Part shown: in pieces, positions 57,501 through 64,000 of the stretch
Layout of the letters: every line of letters starts with the position of its first letter
Position numbering within the stretch: position 1 is the stretch's first letter
From: Balanoglossus misakiensis
Lineage: Eukaryota; Animalia; Hemichordata
Assembly: GCA_040954595.2 (NCBI GenBank)
Contig: CM082579.2
Coordinates: 6,251,625-6,315,624, forward strand
Direction of reading: 5' to 3'
Length of the DNA stretch: 64,000 bases
Program-made: the position numbers and the translations under genes
The notes under the pieces: generated by a model
Told to the model about the DNA's origin: nothing
Seen by the model: the letters and a program-made list of their open reading frames with translations, nothing else
Databases searched by the model: none

Positions 57501-58924
57501 ACGAATAGCAGACAATTTATATCAATTCACATTTCACAAGCTACCAAATGCATGCGGTACAACCCGTTTTGGCGCTCGTGCGACACGTCACAACCGTTAT
57601 CCGTCATCTTTGGAATGCCATGTATGTACGGCTGTCGCGTTCCTTAACCTATATGAACGGTGACTGAAAAGTTGTGGGCCCGTTTATATCCTTGCCGGTG
57701 CTATTTTTAAATTTCTATGCTATCATTTACAATTAAGTGAGTTTTGTTTTCTGAGATGAGAAGGCCATTATTAAACTCACAGGCATCATTGACGTAAGGG
57801 AAATGGATGTCCAATCGCTCACTCCTCTTTTATGTGCAGCTGACAAGAAGTCCATGTTTTGTGGTTTCCATTGGGACGCAAAGCAAACACTTCCAATTAT
57901 TCATCCAGGCCTCTTATCACAAATCAATGCGCGTTCCTTTTAGAGACAGCCGTTGATTGACTGAATTCAGCCGATTTCTAGATTTGCGGTTTTAATGCCA
58001 GCCCATACCCTTGCAATGGGCGGTTGAATAAACGGGTGTGGCACCCCTTTATTATTTAACCTGTTCATATTTAAATGTAAAATCACAATCACTATGCGTA
58101 TGACCATTGTATACTAAGTTTGAAAGTAAAATCATGAAAATAAAGCAAAAAAATGGCAGCCATTGGGGCTTTAATGTGTACCGAGCTACCTGTTCACCCA
58201 CTGCAAGTGCACGAGACGGAAAAAGCACATTTATGATAGGCATTATAGTATACAGATACCATACCTTTAACTTACTCTTGCTATTTTTAACAAACCTCGT
58301 TAAACCAAGCCTTGCAGTTACATACCTCTCCAACAGTTGACCTTTGCGGTGTACACATGTCTACCCCAGCATTAACAATCCACGCGCTTGTCTGTTTTTG
58401 AGCAAACGATGATTTGTTTCATCAATTATGCATTCGTTCAGAATCTTAAGTGGAAAGCCTGGTTTTTTTTTCTTTCAAAGGAAATCTTATCTTTTGCATA
58501 GGTTGTTTAATATTCTATGCGGAGTCTAACATATCTATTCTGACTGTCTTGTTATGGCTTCGGGGCAGTCAATAGTTAATTGCTCTGCGCTGCATAAATC
58601 GCATTCGCAAAAAAATGAGACGTAGATAGGTCAGTGTATGAGGATATGTTGGACTTTTCCTGAGACACGACCGAGGTACGAAGATTTCTGATGGGACATT
58701 ATTGCAATTTATATTGCTTGCAACTTAGCGAGAGATTTATGTCGTGATCAGCCGAAGTTTCATATTGGCAATTTTGAGAATTCGTATAAACACCACGGCA
58801 ATATCGAGGGAATTAGAATTTCGAGTCTTTGCCTGGCGAATCCGGGTATGAATTATTGATTTGAAAACAACACGGCGTGCTCAGTGTCAGTAATCCCGTC
58901 TGTGCATTACTGTAATATTTACAG

Positions 58925-59128
58925 AAAACCTAATCGACGGCGATGACCTCGGTGTTTGCAGCGATGAGGGTGGCCACACTCAGAACATCCCCCACCTCTT
59001 CGCCAAACGAGGCAAATCTGACTGATCCAACTTCATTTGTCGTGCCATGTACGAACACACCCGGTGCTTTTTGCACCGTTGGGCGAATGACCCTCGCGGC
59101 TGTCATCCATCTCACAAACACTTCAAAG
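58925..59128 (+). other. Orphan exon-like segment, possibly the first coding exon of an unidentified + strand gene
   Basis: GC-richer 204-nt block between a tttacag acceptor and an AAG|gtatgc donor; ATG at 58943 opens 62 codons that run to the donor. No recognisable homology. Confidence 0.25.
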
Positions 59129-59651
59129 GTATGCTCGTTCGGCAGCAGGAATCAAAACTGTTCCATCCAATTCGTCGCGCATGAACGACTGACTGATCAC
59201 GGACATGTTTGATTAAGATAAGAACAGCGGATCTCATCTATCATTTGCACCCAATTATGACTTGCTGCATACGCATGTCTAAAAACTAAAACGTAATGGA
59301 AAAGACCTTGGCACACTTATGTGTTTATTTATTTGTTTGTTGTTTGTTTGCTTGTTTATTTAGTTATTGTAAAATGTGTGCTTTAAGACTACAACAGTGC
59401 GATTGATTTTGCACGAAAAATCCACTGCTTACGCGGACACTCAAACACACGCCGAAGAAAATCTGCTAGTTCGTAAGTTAGGTTGAAAGCGATCGTAGAT
59501 TCTCAAATACATCCCTTCAACCACAGTTTTGCCTCTTCGCTTCAGTCATTACTATCTTTATCAATTTCAACATGTGCGCCAAAACGATCGGGAATGCAGA
59601 GGCCACGTGACCAGACTGCCGATGGAGTTTCCCCACATATACGTTATGAGA

Positions 59652-59670
59652 TGCCCTTGAGCAAGACATT
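59652..59670 (+). mobile_element. Possible SINE central-domain remnant
   Basis: tgcccttgagcaagacatt resembles the conserved ccttg(g/a)gcaag motif of CORE-type SINEs; short match only. Confidence 0.25.
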
Positions 59671-60071
59671 GTCATTCTCAAAATGTATCCCCACTTACTT
59701 TAGCAATATAACCAGATACCTGTTGTGCCTATTATTGCCTTAACGACTGCTGAATGATGGACATGAAATACAACTGACATATATTCTGTCCACGTCCCTA
59801 GCAAAAACTTGTCATTACTTTCAGTGAGTGGATGATTAGTGTACATGTACCTTGCTCAGAAAACAAACATATATAATAAGAGCCTGTCACAATGCTTGCA
59901 TGTTTGTTTTGGCATGGAAGAAGTGGGCCTATTGTAGTTGAGTGAGTGAGTGAGGGAATGAGAGAGAGAGGGGGGGAGAGAAAGAGAGAGAGAGAGATAG
60001 AAATCCACCGTGAGAAGATTTATTCTTCACCATTTTTTAATCGATGTCTCTCTCGGGAGGGTATTGCTTTC

Positions 60072-60202
60072 CATAATTTGAAACCCGGATTCGACATATT
60101 TGTCATTTAATATTCGTAGATTATAATTACTTCAGTGACATTGCGCTCAAATTTCAATGCAATCAGACATGTAATATCACTGAGAGAGTGACTGTCATTC
60201 AT
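60072..60202 (+). repeat. Dispersed ~130-bp repeat, copy 2
   Basis: Colinear diverged copy of 46352-46482. Confidence 0.7.
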
Positions 60203-63200
60203 TAACCACGCTGTGCAGTTTCATCCCGATACTAGAACATGAAAATAAAATGTCAACGGCATGAAATAACATATCAGGCCAAAATTAATCTCATTGATCA
60301 AGGATTAATTTTTCATTTTATTTTCGGCAGATTCGTAAGGAGCGTTATATGGAAAGACGAAGGAATGGAAAACAAACTTAGCTCAAGATTATAAGTATTA
60401 TAGGCCTAGATCGTATTATACAGACAGACAAACAGACATACATATGCATACACGCACGCACGCACGCACACAAGCACCTACCTAACTACCCCCTCTTTCA
60501 CCAGCCGTCTTACAGCCCTCTTATGTACACATACGTAATATAATGAAACATAACTGCCGTTCACTACGGGAAGAATAAAATGCACTGGCAACTTTCGGAG
60601 CCTTCAAGTTCTGAACTTTGCCCTACAAATATTCTGGAACTGCGCGTACAAGCAACCTCTGAGAACATTTAATAAATCAAAGCTGTCTGCCAGTCTGTTC
60701 CCTTTCCAAAGATGTCAGAGAATTAGAGCAGCTTGGCATCAGTACCGTAGACTTCTTAAAGCGTAATCATCACTGGCGATTCTCGCGACCCAACTTAACC
60801 CGCTGACTTCGGAGGTATTCGCCAAAGTGCTTTACCAGGCAGGCAGGCACATTTGTACCGTTTGATTCTTTAAAGTTGGCGTATACGAGCATGGATATGC
60901 AATGATCGTAAAATCATATATTGATCGAGTGCCCAGTAGAAAAACACCGCCTTCACTAACGTTAACACTGATTATGTAGGGTCAAGGTGGGGAGGACCTT
61001 TAAAGAAGAAATTCCACTGATTGTTGTTTATGATCCCTTTTACCCAATTTCCCCGAGCAAACACGAAGTGCCGCCGTTGTGGTGAAGTCACGAAATGAAC
61101 CATCGGTTGCGGTGGTGGACTCCTAGAAATATTGCCAGCATCCGAGATCAACCTCGAAACCGGCGCAGTGGGGTGTTCGCCAGACCCATAACACTTTAGT
61201 CTAATGAGTACATATAGCACAGCACAGACGTCTTAAATAATGCACAGCTATCTCAAACGTTCTAAGAGTCTGTAATCGGCATCTTGCACACTCGCTCGTG
61301 TCGGGTGAACCTTGTTATTCATAAAACAATAAGGAGAAGGACACTCAAAATGATTTATCTTGTCTGTAACGACCCTTCGTGTACACACTTACCTCGTACT
61401 GTCGTTCTACACTTTTTATGGGCGTGGGATGTATTTGTGCTTGGGAAATACGCCTTCAGGCGGCATGCGCCTCACAAATGTTAAGTGGTAAAATAATGGT
61501 TGTCCAGGTGGACATCTATAATATAAACTGGACTACCAGACCTTCACCTGTATAACGTAGCCCGCGCACATAAACAAAATCTATATTATCCCCATTCTAC
61601 ATGTACGTCATCGACCAGAACAATTTTCAGCGATGTATGTATTACGTTGATGACGTACATAATGTATACAGATAGGACCATGCATCAGAAACGCAGAACA
61701 CGCATAAATAAAAAAGAAAAAGTTCAATGTACAGTTACTAACTTAGGCAGTTTCACCTCTTTTCACGTTAGGTCAAAGTGATTGATTCTGTTTTGTGTAT
61801 CCTCTTGATAACTTTTCAAAGGTAGACGAATAAACTGTTGAAGCACAAATATACTCTGGCACACTTTATGCCAAGACGTCTGCTTGTTTTGTTATCCAAC
61901 AGTCTGAGATCAAACTGAGCCGCCATTACGCGAGAATACAGTGTGTTTGTCTCATACACCGAGTTATTTGACGACACACCTGTTGTGGTCAACCAATGTT
62001 TGATGTCGACTTAATGAGAATCAGACTCTGCCGATGGAAGTATCTTTACTAGAAATCGTTTGGGGTGCATTCACCCGCAGTCTCTACGTGCCGAGGGGCA
62101 AAAAACAGGCAATTTATGTTAGGGTGCGACTCTGTGGCTTCATAGAGATTTTCGAATTATTAATGGCCAAGAGCTGTTTCGTCTCCACGGGCAACGGCGA
62201 CTGTATGTAGTCTGCTGCCAATCCAATATATATTTTTTTCCTTTTGAAAAACTGGATAAAAAATTTTCAGTTGGAAAGTGCTCCAACGTAAGATGTTGTC
62301 ATTTGCTATTATCAGCATAGAGTAACAAATATCTGCGATTGCTGTAGTATAGGCGCGACAGCTTAAGCAGTTCTTCAATTCCTTCTCACCGAGACTGGCA
62401 TATTCATTCCGCCTCCACGTATGACGTTTTACAGATGGCTCCAAACGTCATCATCAAGAAACTTTCACGAACGGCTACGTGCAGCTTGAGTCTCTTTAGA
62501 CAAGTCGAAGGCAGCTGCCTGCGAAACTAAACGGCTAACAACTTGATTGTCAGAATCAATTTGTACCTTTTCCAAGAAACCGACAACGCGTGACTACTGA
62601 TGAATTTCACTTCCATCACGGACGATTAAATGAATCGAGAGACGAGCAAATCCCTTCAGTACCCCCAGATTTTTTTTAACGGGGAAATAAAATGATTCAA
62701 TTGATTGTGACAAAATAAATAGTATTGCGTGCGCCTTGTCTTGAATGATTTTGCATCCGGGGAGTTGAATCTTTAGTGTGGGGGATTAATGCGTTTTCGT
62801 TTAGTTTAAGAAGAGCTGCCCCGGCCTTTTCTTTTTGGGATGTCATTACGCGGACTCCATTCTCAATTAATTTGCATTCAGCGCAATTCTTGTCTGTGTG
62901 CATACACCACCTGTTAGCGGCTTCCCAGGTCTGTCTTCTTCCGACCTTTAGTGTAACTGACAAAAGCGGAAGCTTGACTTTCATATAACACTGCAAAGCG
63001 TGTGTGTGTGGGTTATAACTGCTCGGGATACATTGGAGGGACCTGTCACTTGAGATTGCGGTCACGTGCATGTCTCAGCGAGCGACATTTGGTCTTTTTG
63101 TCAGGAAGCGCTCGGCGCACAAAAAAAGATAATCAGTTTAAATACGAAAGGTAACGGCGTTGCGTGATCAGTAAGGAAGAAGAAGAAAACAACGGATACA

Positions 63201-64000
63201 AGTGTATTTCAGAAAATGTCAGGACTTTCCGGAAAGTGGCCCATCGCGGCGGTTTACGGGGTGGACTATATAACACTAATTGCGTTCGCATGTCAATTAT
63301 GAGACGGCTCAAGTTTTCAGTCCATTGTGCGCGTATACAGCAGAAGCGACGGTAAGCCACAACGACACTTGGGTTTACATGTACGGATGTACATGTGGAT
63401 GAATACATAATAAGCAACGTGTTGTGCGCGACACTGTTCACCTGTGGTTTTTAGTTCTGCTGCGATTAAAACCCACAGAGGTTAAAATTTCCAAGCGGGG
63501 TCTCCTGAAACCGACGCAACACTAGCCTTTTAATAGTTACATTTTTTTTAGAAGAAGCGAATCGATTGCTTCAAAGGTCCCCGAGGATGGCTTTCGCAAA
63601 CAGACAAAATTAACCGAGGAAGCGAGGTAAAATATCACTTTCCGACAGGATACTGCCTAACTCTGAATATGTGGACCTAAAATGCGACCTCGCATTTTAG
63701 ATCTCGTACACTCTCGAAATTGCACGCGGGATTTGGGGCTTAGCGTGTGATTAAACATCAGTTTTGGCTGCAGAGCACATTGTGTGTTTACCGCCAAATG
63801 TGCTGGAAGATTCGGCGTACCGAACAGAAGTCTTGTGAAGCGTACTACATCAAGAGTTTGCGCGGACACCTGCACACCCACCACCTCATTGCCGCCAAAA
63901 CCTAGTGCAGACGAGAATTTTTGCTCCCTGAACTTGGGAAACGGAACGGGAGAAAGACTACGTATATTTCTAAACTTTTTAAAAGGGAAACTTAATTAAC

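Overview
Eukaryotic (metazoan, probably marine invertebrate; the taxon is an inference) genomic window with three intron-containing protein genes reconstructed by hand from splice sites and reading-frame phase. (1) A + strand RING/B-box/coiled-coil (TRIM-like) E3 ligase with a long acidic linker and two extra C-terminal zinc-binding modules (2051-6975). (2) A convergent - strand SLC16/MCT-family MFS transporter (8508-10798). (3) A - strand GABA-B-receptor-like class C GPCR (15 exons, 14638-43981; the 5' exon or exons were not found). The most striking structure lies in the receptor's 20.2-kb intron (17884-38040). It holds a promoter-like motif cluster, a candidate nested antisense spliced transcription unit containing a 134-bp tandem repeat, and directly downstream a ~14.6-kb array of ~167 87/88-bp satellite monomers. 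Each monomer is built from three short palindromes, and the array shows higher-order block duplications. The remainder (44-64 kb) is largely non-coding, with microsatellites, MITE-like fragments and an orphan exon-like segment. No rRNA, tRNA or CRISPR array was seen.
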